NCBI GenBank assembly: GCA_039028615.1
Contig: JBCCHT010000064.1
Location: 1-45,854, forward strand
Length of the DNA stretch: 45,854 bases
Source of the DNA: Myxococcota bacterium
GTDB taxonomy: Bacteria > Myxococcota_A > Polyangia > Nannocystales > Nannocystaceae
Direction: 5' to 3'
Below, piece after piece: positions 11,853-25,061 of this stretch; the first letter of the stretch is position 1; every line of letters starts with the position of its first letter. The translations under genes and the position numbers were made by a program. A model generated the notes under the pieces. It ran no database searches and was not told the DNA's origin. It saw only the letters and a program-made list of their open reading frames with translations.

Positions 11853-14687
11853 CTAGGGAGCCGCCGCGCCAAAGGTCTCGAGGTACCAACGCTCGGCCTC
11901 GCCGCGCTCCTGCTCGCGGCGCCCCTTGGCAGCACGCAGGCGGCCGATGGCGCCCTCGGCCAGGGTCTTGGCCCGGGCCGGGTCGGCGGCGGCGAGCGAC
12001 CGCGCCAAGATCATCTCCGTCTCGGCGCGCGACAAGGGGTCCTGCCCCTCGCGAGAGCGCAGCGTCAGCGCCTCCTCGAGCATGCCGACGCCCTCTTCAC
12101 GGGGCGCCTCGGCGGCGAGCATTCCTCCCAGCTTGGTCAGCGTCATGTCGAGGTGGAAGTCGGCACCGCGGCGAATCTTCAGCGCGCGGCGATAGTGGAC
12201 CTCGGCGGCCTCGGGCTGCCCCTGCGCGTACGCGATGTCCCCGAGCGAGTCGAGGATGGAGCACAGGGCGGGGTGGTCTTGGCCCACGGCTTCTTCGCGA
12301 AGGGCGAGCGCCCCGGTGTGCACCGTCTTGGCGCGGTCGTAGTCCTTGCGATGGCGGTACACCTCGCCGAGCGCCTCCATCGGCGTGCTCACCTGCGGGT
12401 GCTCGGCCCCGAAGACCTTGACCCAGATGTCCTTGGCTCGCAGGAGGAAGCCTTCAGCGCGGTCGAGGTCGCGGTCACCCAGGGCGACGATGCCGAGGTT
12501 GAGCAGCACGGGCGCGGCCATGGGGTGCTCGGCCCCGACTACGCGGGCTTGAGTCTCCAGCAGCTGCTCGTAAGTCTCGGTCGCCTTGGCGCTGTTGCCC
12601 ATGCGGCTGAAGCTGACGGCGAGGTTGCCCAGGATGACCAAAGTGTCGGTATGGTCGGGTCCGAGGGTCTTGCGAGCGAGCGTGAGCGCCTCGAGGAAAT
12701 GTTCGTGGGCCTTGGCGTTGTCGCCCTCGCGGAGCGCGAGGCTGCCTTGGACCGATAGGATGCGGACGGCGAGCGAGCCTTCGTAGGAGGGGCCCGCGCG
12801 CTCGAGGAACCGCGTGGCGTAGCGCAGGTGCTCGTGGGCGGCGACGGGATCTCCGTTGCCTGCGGTGGTCGCTTGCTCCGCGATGGCGATGCCGATCTCC
12901 GCCGACTGCGAGGGCGTGCTGGCGGCAACGGACAAATCGAGGGCGCGCTCGAGCTGCTCGGTGTCGTCGCTCCAACGGCCCACGGCCAAGCGCGCTTCGG
13001 CCTCGAGTCCCCGCAGGCCATCACGCTCGGCGTCTTCCACCACCTTCGTGGCCTGGGCGGTCGCTTCCTTGCCCTTGCCCATCGACATCGCGAGCTCGGC
13101 CCGAGCCAGGGTTTCGTAGCCCTGTTCCCACCGCTCGAGGCCATCGGCCAAGCGCGTGGTGTCGGTCTGATCGGCGAGACCGTTGGCGTCCATGAGACCG
13201 ACCAGGCGCTCCCGATCTTCGCACTTCCACAGCTGATCGATGCTGTCGGCCTGCTTGCCGTCGAAGTCGGGGGACAGCGACTCGGCGTCCTCGAGCGACT
13301 CGAGGAGCACGTCGAGCCGCACCAGCGCGCGGTCGAGGCAGGCGTAGCGCAGCTCGAGCATGCGGGTGGACTCTGCGCCGCGATGCTGAGCGCTCTGGCA
13401 GGCGTCTTCGCGTTGGTCCGTCCAGCGATCGGCGAAGCGAGCGAGCTTGGGGTCGACCTTGTCCCAGATCCCGGCGGCCCACCCGGAGTGGCCGGCCATG
13501 GTCTGGGCGAGCGCGTCGCGGCGCTCGTCGTTCCAGACCTCGCGCAAGGGGTCGGCCGCGGCTTCGCAGGGGTCCGGCGGCTCGGGCACAGTGGCGGTGG
13601 CGACCGCATAGGTGCCGGCCACGCTGACGCTCAGGCCCAAGGCCCCCACGCCGAGCATCAGCCGACGGCGGCGGAGGTCACGGGCGCGGGCGAGCTCGCC
13701 GATGAGGTGATGCATCGAGCGGTGACGGTCGTCGCGGGACGTGGCCAGCCCGCGGGAGACGACCGCGAGGATGCCGGGCGGGACGCCGTGGTTGCGAGGC
13801 ACGGGCGCTCGCCGTCCCTCGATGACGGAAGCGGCCAGCGCCGCGGGGCCCTTGCCTTGGAAGGGGCGTTCTCCCAGCAGCGCTTCGTAAAGCGCGACGC
13901 AGAAGCCGAACTGATCGCTGTGGGCACCGATGTTGCGACCCTCGTACTGCTCGGGCGCCATATAGGCGGGCGTGCCCGCGATCCGAGTGTCGCGCGAGGC
14001 GGTGGCGGGGGCCGAGCCCGACTCGGCTTCACCTTCGCCGTCTTGGGTGCGGGTGTCGTCGAGGCTCTCGCTCGAGTGCATCGCGGTGGAGATCGGCCGC
14101 GCGAGGCCGAAGTCCACGACCCGCGGGCGACCGTCTTTGCCCACGAGCACGTTGTCGGGCTTGAAGTCGCGATGGACGATGCCCTTGGCGTGCGCGGCCG
14201 CGAGCCCGCGACCGATCTCGATGAACAGCGTGACGATCTCTCGCCAGGTCCGCGTGGTCTGAAGCCAGCGTCGCAGGGTCTCGCCATCGACCATCTCCAT
14301 GGCCAGGAACACCTGGTCGCCCACGGTGCCCGTGTCGTAGATGGTGACGATGTTGGGGTGCGACAGATCGGCGGCGGCCCGGGCCTCGCGCTCGAGTCGA
14401 TCTTGGGCCTCGCGTACGCCCTCGCTGCCGAAGCCGCCCGTGTCCACGAGCTTGAGCGCGACCTTGCGATCGAGCTTGGGATCGTGGGCCGCGTAGACGA
14501 CCCCCATCGCGCCCTGACCCAGGCGGTGCAGGACGACGAAGCGATCGAGCGTGACTGGCTGGAGTACCCGCCCCAAAAGCCGACGCTCGGCCTCCGCGAA
14601 GGCGAGATCGCGGTCGAGGCCGAGCGGCGAGGGGGGAGCCGAGGAGGGGGCGCCTGGCTCCGCTTTTGTTTGATCGGCCGTGTCCAT
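11853..14687 (-). CDS. Membrane Ser/Thr protein kinase with C-terminal TPR repeats
   Basis: LGQGAMGVVY, VALK, HRDFKPDNV, DFG, GTPAYMAPE; TM helix; TPR array; ATG overlaps the upstream stop (TGATG). Confidence 0.95.
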   Translation of the reverse strand: MDTADQTKAEPGAPSSAPPSPLGLDRDLAFAEAERRLLGRVLQPVTLDRFVVLHRLGQGAMGVVYAAHDPKLDRKVALKLVDTGGFGSEGVREAQDRLEREARAAADLSHPNIVTIYDTGTVGDQVFLAMEMVDGETLRRWLQTTRTWREIVTLFIEIGRGLAAAHAKGIVHRDFKPDNVLVGKDGRPRVVDFGLARPISTAMHSSESLDDTRTQDGEGEAESGSAPATASRDTRIAGTPAYMAPEQYEGRNIGAHSDQFGFCVALYEALLGERPFQGKGPAALAASVIEGRRAPVPRNHGVPPGILAVVSRGLATSRDDRHRSMHHLIGELARARDLRRRRLMLGVGALGLSVSVAGTYAVATATVPEPPDPCEAAADPLREVWNDERRDALAQTMAGHSGWAAGIWDKVDPKLARFADRWTDQREDACQSAQHRGAESTRMLELRYACLDRALVRLDVLLESLEDAESLSPDFDGKQADSIDQLWKCEDRERLVGLMDANGLADQTDTTRLADGLERWEQGYETLARAELAMSMGKGKEATAQATKVVEDAERDGLRGLEAEARLAVGRWSDDTEQLERALDLSVAASTPSQSAEIGIAIAEQATTAGNGDPVAAHEHLRYATRFLERAGPSYEGSLAVRILSVQGSLALREGDNAKAHEHFLEALTLARKTLGPDHTDTLVILGNLAVSFSRMGNSAKATETYEQLLETQARVVGAEHPMAAPVLLNLGIVALGDRDLDRAEGFLLRAKDIWVKVFGAEHPQVSTPMEALGEVYRHRKDYDRAKTVHTGALALREEAVGQDHPALCSILDSLGDIAYAQGQPEAAEVHYRRALKIRRGADFHLDMTLTKLGGMLAAEAPREEGVGMLEEALTLRSREGQDPLSRAETEMILARSLAAADPARAKTLAEGAIGRLRAAKGRREQERGEAERWYLETFGAAAP

Positions 14688-15397
14688 CAGATGCAGCGGC
14701 AACCGCAGTCCATCACGACATTAGCACTGCTCTCCCAGCGCTGAGTGCCGGCGGCGCTGCAGGCGAGGCCGCCGATCTCGTGCTGGGGTGCTTGGAGGGT
14801 GATCGTTTTATTGAAGGCGCAGGTTCCGTGCTTGTTCGCGGTGAAGTCCCACACCTTGCCGTGGTTTGCACACACGGTCTCGCAGACGGGAGCGGTGGCC
14901 GGCAGGACGCCGGGAAGACCGGCTCGGCTCGGTCCCGGTCCGAAGGGTCCGGCCGCCGCGGCACCCTGCTCGGCGGTCACGCTGTCGATGGCAGCGTCCG
15001 GGTCGACCTCCATGCCGATGGTCGGGAAGTTGCCGTTGGCATCGCGGCCACCCAGGCCTTCACAGGTCGCGGACGCGAGCGCGTGCATCTCGAGGGTGAG
15101 CAGCTCATCCCAGATCGGAATGAGGGTCGGGTACTCCGGCTGGGGCGAAGTGATGGAGCACTGGCTCTTCTTCGAGTCGTTCTGGCTGGTCGTGAACTTG
15201 AAGGTCGTGCACTGCACGTCGTCCTGCACGTCGGGCTCGGCGACGATGGTGTCCATCGACATCAGCGGCTCGGCCTCTTCCTCGGTGAGGACGATGGTGT
15301 CGAGGTTGAGCGTCTGAATCTCGGGCTCCTGCTCGGTGTCGCAAGCGGTGAGGGCGGTGGTGGTGAGCAGGGCGGCGGTGAAGATATGGGTGCGCAT
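14687..15397 (-). CDS. Cys-rich hypothetical lipoprotein
   Basis: Signal ending TALTAC; multiple Cys, C-terminus DCGCRCI; translationally coupled to the kinase. Confidence 0.75.
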   Translation of the reverse strand: MRTHIFTAALLTTTALTACDTEQEPEIQTLNLDTIVLTEEEAEPLMSMDTIVAEPDVQDDVQCTTFKFTTSQNDSKKSQCSITSPQPEYPTLIPIWDELLTLEMHALASATCEGLGGRDANGNFPTIGMEVDPDAAIDSVTAEQGAAAAGPFGPGPSRAGLPGVLPATAPVCETVCANHGKVWDFTANKHGTCAFNKTITLQAPQHEIGGLACSAAGTQRWESSANVVMDCGCRCI

Positions 15398-15599
15398 TGT
15401 GGTGACTTCCCTTGGGGCTATCGGGGCCGAGTGAGGGAGCGGGTCACACGGCCACCGTTTTCATTGCCTTGGGAGTCCCGACCTCGCCGGTCGGATCACG
15501 ATGGACGCCACTTTTTTTACGGAAGTTGAAACACGAACCAGCGCGGCTATCCCGGACCCCGATGCAACGCCGTTTTCGCCGGTTTTTGGCGAAGGGGCG

Positions 15600-18518
<2,919 letters not shown>

Positions 18519-18632
18519 GACGAGCGCTGAGCATCGTAGCAGGCGCGTCGCATCGTGACATCGGGGGGCCCCTGGGTTGGTCGTCCGGTCCGCTCGGCCG
18601 TCGATTGCACGCGCGTGATAAACCAGAGGTCG

Positions 18633-19799
18633 ATGCCCCCGAGCCGGCCCAGTTCCCGGATTTTCCCCCGTTGGTTGGTGGCCACCGTCGCCATCATCGC
18701 GGTGGGATTCTTGTTGTTCGTGCTGCGAGGCGCGCTGACTCCGGTCTTCTTCGCGTTCCTCATCGCCTACATGCTCGACCCGGTCATCGACCGCTTCGAG
18801 GAGCGCGGCCATTCTCGCGCGGTGGGCATCGGCGTGATGCTCACCGTCGTCCTCGGTGGGCTGGGCATCTTCTGCGCGCTCGCGCTGCCCGTGGCGATTC
18901 GTGACCTCGCCGCGTTCTTCCGCGAGCTTCCCACCATGGTCGGCGACGGCCTCAACGCGCTGCGGCCCTGGCTCGACTCGATCGGGGTTCCCGTGCCGCA
19001 CTCGATCAACGAGGCGGTGGAGGAGTTCCAGCTCGACATGGGCTCGCTGGCCAAGGAAGCCGCGCCCTCGATCACCGCGATGGTCAAGTCCGTGCTGGGG
19101 GGCACGTGGTCGGTCATCGGGGCGCTCGCGGGCTTGCTGCTCGTGCCGGTCTTCGCCGCGTACCTGCTCTACGACTTCGACCGCATCACCGCGGGCATCG
19201 GCGAGCTGGTGCCCCGCCGCTATCGGGCCCTCGTCGTCGAGATCGCCAAGGACGTCGACGAGGTGCTGGGCGAGTTCATCCGCGGCCAGCTCATCGTCAT
19301 GTTGATCCTGGCGGTGCTCTACTCGGTCAGCTACGGCGTCTTGGGCGTGCGGCTGGCGGTGCTCATCGGGGTGGTGGCCGGCCTGCTCTCGTTCATTCCC
19401 TACGTAGGCGGCGGCGTGGCGCTGGGCCTGGGCGTACTGATGGCGCTGCTCGGCAACGGCGGCTGGGGCCAGCTGCTCGGGGTCGTGATCGCCTACACCA
19501 TCATCCAGGTCGCCGAAGGCTTCTTCATTACCCCGCGGGTGGTTGGCGAGAAGGTCGGCCTGTCCGCGGTGTGGGTGCTCTTTGCGTTGCTGGTGGGCGG
19601 CCAGCTCTTTGGCTTCATGGGCGTGCTGTTGGCCCTGCCCGCGGCCGCGGTGATCAAGATCTTCGTGGTGCGCGGCGTCAGCTGGTACACGGCCTCCGAG
19701 TTCTTCCTCGGCACGGACGACGACGAGGTCGACGAGCAGGCGCCGGCCGCATCCGACGACGAGCCCGCGGCGGCCGAAGACGAGAGCGCCGAAGAGTAG
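18633..19799 (+). CDS. AI-2E family transporter (PerM-like)
   Basis: PVFFAFLIAYMLDPVI, FIRGQL, SFIPYVG, ITPRVVGEKVGL, GVLLALP; multiple TM helices. Confidence 0.92.
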   Translation: MPPSRPSSRIFPRWLVATVAIIAVGFLLFVLRGALTPVFFAFLIAYMLDPVIDRFEERGHSRAVGIGVMLTVVLGGLGIFCALALPVAIRDLAAFFRELPTMVGDGLNALRPWLDSIGVPVPHSINEAVEEFQLDMGSLAKEAAPSITAMVKSVLGGTWSVIGALAGLLLVPVFAAYLLYDFDRITAGIGELVPRRYRALVVEIAKDVDEVLGEFIRGQLIVMLILAVLYSVSYGVLGVRLAVLIGVVAGLLSFIPYVGGGVALGLGVLMALLGNGGWGQLLGVVIAYTIIQVAEGFFITPRVVGEKVGLSAVWVLFALLVGGQLFGFMGVLLALPAAAVIKIFVVRGVSWYTASEFFLGTDDDEVDEQAPAASDDEPAAAEDESAEE

Positions 19800-19817
19800 G
19801 CCTTCGCTCCAACGAAG

Positions 19818-19851
19818 ACGGGGCCCCGCCGTGGTCCCGGCGGCGCCCCGT
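19818..19851. terminator. GC-rich hairpin between convergent genes
   Basis: ACGGGGCCCCGCCG...CGGCGGCGCCCCGT imperfect inverted repeat; no U-tract. Confidence 0.45.
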
Positions 19852-19874
19852 GAGCGTCGATGCTGCGGTGACCG

Positions 19875-21272
19875 CTATTGCATGGGCGTGACGTAGAAGA
19901 TGCCCAGGCACATCTCGTCGCCCGTGCCGTCACCCCAGTTGACGCCCTGGTCGTTGCCCTCGTTGTTCCACTCGCACTCCATCCGCAGCTCGTCGCCGGG
20001 GAGGAACACGATGGGCTCCTCGAACCGATAGCGCGTCTGCCAGTCGAAGTCCCAGCGCGGCAGCTCGAGCAGGCAGGTGTCGCTGCCGCTGCCCCGCACG
20101 ATGGACTGGTGCGCGCGGCTGCCCCGGGTGTGCATGTGGTGGCTGGCCGAGTGGATCTCGAAGGGCTGGTCCGAGGGCACCACGCCGTCGGTGATGAAGC
20201 CCATGAACTCGGTCGGGTCGAGCTGGAAGGCGTGCGTCGTGTCGGGGGAGCCGGCGGGGATGGGCATGAAGCCCGCCAGCCACTCCGGGTTGGCCCACAG
20301 CATCACCGCGGCGGGTCGCTCGACCTCGGAGTCGACCTTGAACCGGATGCCGCTGCGGTCGGGCCCGCCGTCGCCCGCGAGGGTGTTGTAGTGGACCTGG
20401 AGCACCACGCGGGAGCCGGGGGCCATGGGTAGGCCCGTGCCCTCGGGGAACTCGTTGGCGGCGCCGCCGGGCGCCCAGCTGCCGATCCACGTGCCCACGT
20501 TGCTCGGGTCGTTGACCTCTCCCCCGGGCCCGCCGAAGCAGGTGTAGCCCTCGCCCGGTTCTTCGGCGTCGAGCTGCTCGTAGAACTCGACCTCCTCGGG
20601 CGGAATGGCGAACGCGATGATGTGGTGCACCTGTGCCAGGTCGTCGGGCGCCGCCTCGAAGCCGGTGACGAAGGTCGGCTCGGTCTCCGGCCACTCGAGC
20701 AGGAAGCAGCGATAGTCGTCGGGCTCGGCCTGCGGCGTGTAGGCCTGCGGCATCGTCAGCTCGATGTCGACGCGCGACAGCGACGGCGGAGGCGGGACCT
20801 CGACCGGCACGTAGTCGTCGGGGTTGCCTTCGTGCGCCCCTTCGGCGAGCCACGTCTGCACCAGCTCGATTTCCTCGGCGGCCAGCGACCGCGCCCCCAC
20901 GTAGGGCTGGCAGTCATCGGTGGCCAGCCACGGCGGCATCGTGCCCGCATTGACCGAGTTGACGATGGCCTCGCGCAGCGTGAAGACCTCGTCGTAGTTG
21001 GTCAGCGGAAACGGCCCGATGTTACCGGGCGTATGGCAGCTGACGCAGTGCTCGTCGAGCAGCGGTCGCAGGTGCTCGTGGTAGGTGACGCTGGCTTCGA
21101 CGCCGTCGTTCCCCGTGGAATCATCCGAGCCGGTCGAGTCGCCCGCACTGGGGCCCTCGCTCGTGGCAGCATCGGTGCCGGCTCCGGCCGAAGGTTCAGG
21201 CAGTGGCTCCTGGGTACACGCTCCCAGCCCCACCGCCACGGTCATCGCCGCAAGTGTCGTGAATCTCCGCAT
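19875..21272 (-). CDS. Lipoprotein with c-type heme motif and copper type II ascorbate-dependent monooxygenase-like domain
   Basis: Signal ending GLGAC; CVSCH; GTMPPW; DDYRCF; VHHII, QVHY, HMH, DEMC Cu-ligand motifs. Confidence 0.85.
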   Translation of the reverse strand: MRRFTTLAAMTVAVGLGACTQEPLPEPSAGAGTDAATSEGPSAGDSTGSDDSTGNDGVEASVTYHEHLRPLLDEHCVSCHTPGNIGPFPLTNYDEVFTLREAIVNSVNAGTMPPWLATDDCQPYVGARSLAAEEIELVQTWLAEGAHEGNPDDYVPVEVPPPPSLSRVDIELTMPQAYTPQAEPDDYRCFLLEWPETEPTFVTGFEAAPDDLAQVHHIIAFAIPPEEVEFYEQLDAEEPGEGYTCFGGPGGEVNDPSNVGTWIGSWAPGGAANEFPEGTGLPMAPGSRVVLQVHYNTLAGDGGPDRSGIRFKVDSEVERPAAVMLWANPEWLAGFMPIPAGSPDTTHAFQLDPTEFMGFITDGVVPSDQPFEIHSASHHMHTRGSRAHQSIVRGSGSDTCLLELPRWDFDWQTRYRFEEPIVFLPGDELRMECEWNNEGNDQGVNWGDGTGDEMCLGIFYVTPMQ

Positions 21273-21387
21273 ATTGTCGCTTTCCCCACCCAGATCGCAG
21301 GATGCCACAACCGGTTTTTCCGCACCACGGGTGCGTGAATAGCGATGATGCGGACCGTCCTGGGGTACTGTAGGCTCCAGCGAATAC

Positions 21388-22014
21388 ATGCAGAGATCGG
21401 GTTGGGGACCAATGATCCTGGCGGCGGCCCTGATGGGGCCCGTCGCATGTGGAGGCGCCGAATCGGGGGACTCGGGCGCTGCGGATGGTGATGACAGTAC
21501 GAGTACGGGGGTCACGCCCCCGTCGGACGAGTCGTCGGGCGAGGGATCGAGCGGCACGCAGGCGGGTCCGCCAATCTCGCTGACGCTGGCCGGGTCCTGG
21601 GAGCTGGACCCCGCCGAGAGCGATCCTTTCCCCGACGAGCGCCCCGACTGGGTGCAGTGCGAGGTCGGCTGGGACGAGGAGATCGGCGCGTTCGAGGTCG
21701 ATACCGAGCTTTGTGCCTATGGAGCCTTCGTCCAGCGCTCGCAGGTGCCGATCTTCGAGGGCGACGAGCTCGAGATCATCGTCCTGCACGACGCGCTCTG
21801 GGCGGAGGAGCCGGCCGAGGCCCATCTCGCGCTAGTGTTCGGCGACCAGCTGGTCTGGGAGACGCGCCTTCAGATCCCGTCCGAGCCCGCCCAGATCCGA
21901 GAGAGCTGGACGGCGACCGCCGACGTGCCTCCAGCCACCGATGTGCACTGGCACGTGCACAACCACGGCACGAACAACTACCGTCTCATCGACCTGACCG
22001 TCTCCGCGCGCTGA
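21388..22014 (+). CDS. Hypothetical lipoprotein
   Basis: Signal ending GPVAC, acidic linker, His-rich C-terminal HWHVHNHG. Confidence 0.7.
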   Translation: MQRSGWGPMILAAALMGPVACGGAESGDSGAADGDDSTSTGVTPPSDESSGEGSSGTQAGPPISLTLAGSWELDPAESDPFPDERPDWVQCEVGWDEEIGAFEVDTELCAYGAFVQRSQVPIFEGDELEIIVLHDALWAEEPAEAHLALVFGDQLVWETRLQIPSEPAQIRESWTATADVPPATDVHWHVHNHGTNNYRLIDLTVSAR

Positions 22015-22082
22015 GCCCATCGAGGCCCCGGGTTGGCCGAACGGCCAGCGGGACGGGCGCGGTCGGGGTCGGCGCCGGTTTC

Positions 22083-22685
22083 ATGGCGTGTAAGCCAACT
22101 CTCGGAGCTGCGTTTGTTGCGGCAGTGGAACCTTCACGCGACGACGAAGTGGGCAACGGCGCCTTCCCGTACGCGGCTCGGCTCGTCCTTCGCGACGGCC
22201 AACGCATGCTGACGATCGAGGTCGATGAGATCTCGTGGATCGAGGCAGCGGGCAACTACGTACAGATCTACACCCCGCGCAAGACCTACCTGGTGCGGCA
22301 CACGGTCAAGGCCATGGAGACCAAGCTCGACCCGGCGCGGTTCATCCGCGTGCGGCCGTCGGCCATCGTGGCCGTCAAAGCCGTGCTCGCGCTCAATGCT
22401 CGAGCGGGCGGCGACTACACGGTGGTGCTGCTCGACGGGACCGAGATCCGCACGAGCCGCAGTTTTCGAGACCGGGTCGAAGAGACGCTGGCCGAGGCCG
22501 CGGGTACGGCACGGCACGCGCTGACCAACCGGCGACGGCGTCGGGCCCGGGCCGCGGCTCGCAAGATGGAAGCGGCCACCGCCGCTCCGGCGCCCACTCC
22601 GGCTTCGACCACGACTTCGGCGGTGCCGCCCACGGCGATGGCGTCCGTGTCGTCGGCGAACCTGCCGGTCATGGTCGCGAGCTGA
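22083..22685 (+). CDS. LytTR DNA-binding domain protein lacking a receiver domain
   Basis: ISWIEAAGNYVQI, LDPARFIRV..SAIV, IRTSRSFR; start uncertain. Confidence 0.85.
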   Translation: MACKPTLGAAFVAAVEPSRDDEVGNGAFPYAARLVLRDGQRMLTIEVDEISWIEAAGNYVQIYTPRKTYLVRHTVKAMETKLDPARFIRVRPSAIVAVKAVLALNARAGGDYTVVLLDGTEIRTSRSFRDRVEETLAEAAGTARHALTNRRRRRARAAARKMEAATAAPAPTPASTTTSAVPPTAMASVSSANLPVMVAS

Positions 22686-22763
22686 AACGGCGCGGGCCAC
22701 CGCTGGCGGCGGCGTGACGCCGCCTCGCGATGGCCCGATTGGTTGGGTGGCAGTATCGGCGAA

Positions 22764-23582
22764 TCAAGCTTCGGGATGGTCGAACTTCGCGTCGTCGATC
22801 TCGACGTTGACGTCGTACTTCTCGATCGACTGCTCGATGTTCATGATCTGCATGCTGGTCACCGACTTGAACGAGGTCATCACGCCCTCGACCTTGCGGT
22901 AGTCCTCCAGCGTGACGGTCACGGGCAGCGAGCCCATCGGCGTCTCTTGGGTGAAGCTCTGCCCGGCGGGGAGGTAGCCCTCGACGTCGAAGAGCAGCAC
23001 GAGCTCGGTCTCGCCCTTGCTCAGCTGCACCGCGTAGACCTGCTTGTCGCCGAGGTCGCGGACCTCGAGGGTCTTGGCCTCGTCGAAGTACTTCTGCCAG
23101 TTGGCGGCCAGTAGCGGGTCGGCGCCCCAGCGGGTCTGGTCGGCCTCTTTGCCCTCGAGCTTGCGCATCCCGTTGATCGGGTCCTTGGACCAGATCTCCT
23201 CGCCCTTCTTCCACACCTGCGAGGTGCCGACGCCGGGCATCACGATCTCGACGTAGAAGTTGTCGCCCTTGGACCAGATCTTCGTCTTGTAGTCGAGGTT
23301 CTGGGCCTTGATGGAGGTCTTGGACTCCATGTAGCTGGAGGTGATCTTGTCGACCGCTTCCTTGCCGCCGATGGCCTCGACCGCCTGGGCCAGCACCTCG
23401 GTGGCCTCGGGTAGATCGGCGGCGGGGGCATCGGCCGTCGCTTCCGGGGCCTCTTCGCCGGCAGCGGCTGGCTCGGTGTTCGCCTCGCCGGGGACTTCGG
23501 TGGGCTCGCCCGCGGGCGGCTTTTCACAGGCCGCGGCGGTCAGGGTCAACAGGAAGCAGAGTCGGGCGGTTTTACGCAGCAT
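22764..23582 (-). CDS. Lipoprotein (LolA-like/outer-membrane sorting-like fold suspected)
   Basis: Signal ending TAAAC; EAIGGKEA and DYRKVEGV motifs; directly downstream of the S41 peptidase. Confidence 0.65.
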   Translation of the reverse strand: MLRKTARLCFLLTLTAAACEKPPAGEPTEVPGEANTEPAAAGEEAPEATADAPAADLPEATEVLAQAVEAIGGKEAVDKITSSYMESKTSIKAQNLDYKTKIWSKGDNFYVEIVMPGVGTSQVWKKGEEIWSKDPINGMRKLEGKEADQTRWGADPLLAANWQKYFDEAKTLEVRDLGDKQVYAVQLSKGETELVLLFDVEGYLPAGQSFTQETPMGSLPVTVTLEDYRKVEGVMTSFKSVTSMQIMNIEQSIEKYDVNVEIDDAKFDHPEA

Positions 23583-23615
23583 GACGAGGTCTCTCGGGAA
23601 GTGGGGGTGGGGGCC

Positions 23616-25061
23616 TTACTTGGCGGGGCTGACCGCGGACACGGCCGCCTCGAGCACCGGGTCGCGGCCCTTGGAGAAGGCTTCGCGCGTCTCGGTGATC
23701 AGGGTATCGGGTTGGACGCCGCGGCCTTCGACCGCGACCCCCTCGGGGCTGACGTAGTCGGCGACCACGTACTGCAGCATGCCGCCGCCAGGGAGCTCTT
23801 CGATGAGCGAGGGGAGGGCGGCACCCTGCGAAGGGCCGGCTCCGAACACCTGCACGCGGCCGAGGTCCTGGAGCGCCTGCCCGAAGATCTCCGAGGTGCT
23901 GGCCGTGCCTTCGTCGACGAGCAGGGCGACCGGGCCCGTGAAGGGGTCCTTGCCCATCGTGACCTTGAAGGTCTGCTTGCCCTGGCGCATCCGCATCTCG
24001 CCGAGGCTGGCGTCCTGCAGCATGAACTGGCGGCCGACCGGGACCACCATCGCTCCCACGCCGCCGGGGTTGCCCCGCAGGTCGATGACCAGCGACTCCA
24101 TGCCCTGGCCGCGCAGCTCTTTCATGGCCGCTTCGATGTCGGCCACCAGCGGCAGCATCCAGATGTTGAAGTAGATGTAGCCGACCTTGGTGCCGGGGAG
24201 CATGCGGTGTCGGGCCACCGCGGGCACGTTGGCCAGGTTGCCCATCGACAGGCGCTTCACGTCCGCCTTGCGGCACTTCACCTTCTTGGACTTGGTCTTC
24301 GTGGAGCCGAAGGCCTGGAACTTCAGGGTCTTGGTCTTGACCCCCTCGTCGCACGCCAGCCAGCTGCCGATGATGCGGCGGGCGAGGAAGGCCGCCTCGA
24401 TTTCCTTTTCGTGCTGCTTCTTGACGTCGGCCAGCAGCGCGTCGACCTGCTTGTCGTTCACCGCGACGAGCAGGGCACCGCCCGGCATGCCGCTCTTGGT
24501 GCCGTGCTTGGCCGCATCGACCACCACCGCTTCACCGTCGATGATGCGGACCTCGATCGGGATCTCGGTGTCGCCGCTCTTGACCGCGGCCCGGGGCTCT
24601 CCGGTCACGCGCTCGCGCGGCGGCACCACGGCCAGGTGGCTCTGCTGCAGGCGCTGCAGCATCTTCGTCATGATGTCGAAGGCCGCCGCTTGGTCCTTGG
24701 CGTCGGCGAGCTGGGAGCCGTACTCCTCGCGCAGCTGCGGCCAGTCGAGGCAGTTGAGCGTGGGGTCGTAGTGCTTCTCGAGGATCGTGCCCCAGACCTT
24801 CTCGAAGGTCTTCGTATAGGGCGTATCGGGCAGCGCGGGCAGGGCCGCCACGTCCACGTCGCTCCAGTCGCGGCAGGCCTCGTCTTCGGCGGGGGTCGCT
24901 TCGGGAGCGGGCGTCTCCGCGTCGGCCACCGCAGTGTCCGGCTTCGCCGGGGTGACGGTCTCGGGTTCGGTCTTGCCCTTGTTGCACGCCAGTGGAAGGG
25001 CGAGGGCCAAGCCGAGAGCAACGCGGACGAAGGAGGACGAGAAGGTCGAACGGTCAGACAT
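23616..25061 (-). CDS. S41 family (tail-specific-like) peptidase lipoprotein
   Basis: VGYIYFN, LVIDLRGNPGG, TASTSE, VEGRGVQPD, DPVLEAA. Confidence 0.92.
   Translation of the reverse strand: MSDRSTFSSSFVRVALGLALALPLACNKGKTEPETVTPAKPDTAVADAETPAPEATPAEDEACRDWSDVDVAALPALPDTPYTKTFEKVWGTILEKHYDPTLNCLDWPQLREEYGSQLADAKDQAAAFDIMTKMLQRLQQSHLAVVPPRERVTGEPRAAVKSGDTEIPIEVRIIDGEAVVVDAAKHGTKSGMPGGALLVAVNDKQVDALLADVKKQHEKEIEAAFLARRIIGSWLACDEGVKTKTLKFQAFGSTKTKSKKVKCRKADVKRLSMGNLANVPAVARHRMLPGTKVGYIYFNIWMLPLVADIEAAMKELRGQGMESLVIDLRGNPGGVGAMVVPVGRQFMLQDASLGEMRMRQGKQTFKVTMGKDPFTGPVALLVDEGTASTSEIFGQALQDLGRVQVFGAGPSQGAALPSLIEELPGGGMLQYVVADYVSPEGVAVEGRGVQPDTLITETREAFSKGRDPVLEAAVSAVSPAK

Noticed and set aside
11138..11935. 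697-aa CHAD fusion from the ORF track
   Set aside because: The extra N-terminus is the antisense of the ECF sigma gene
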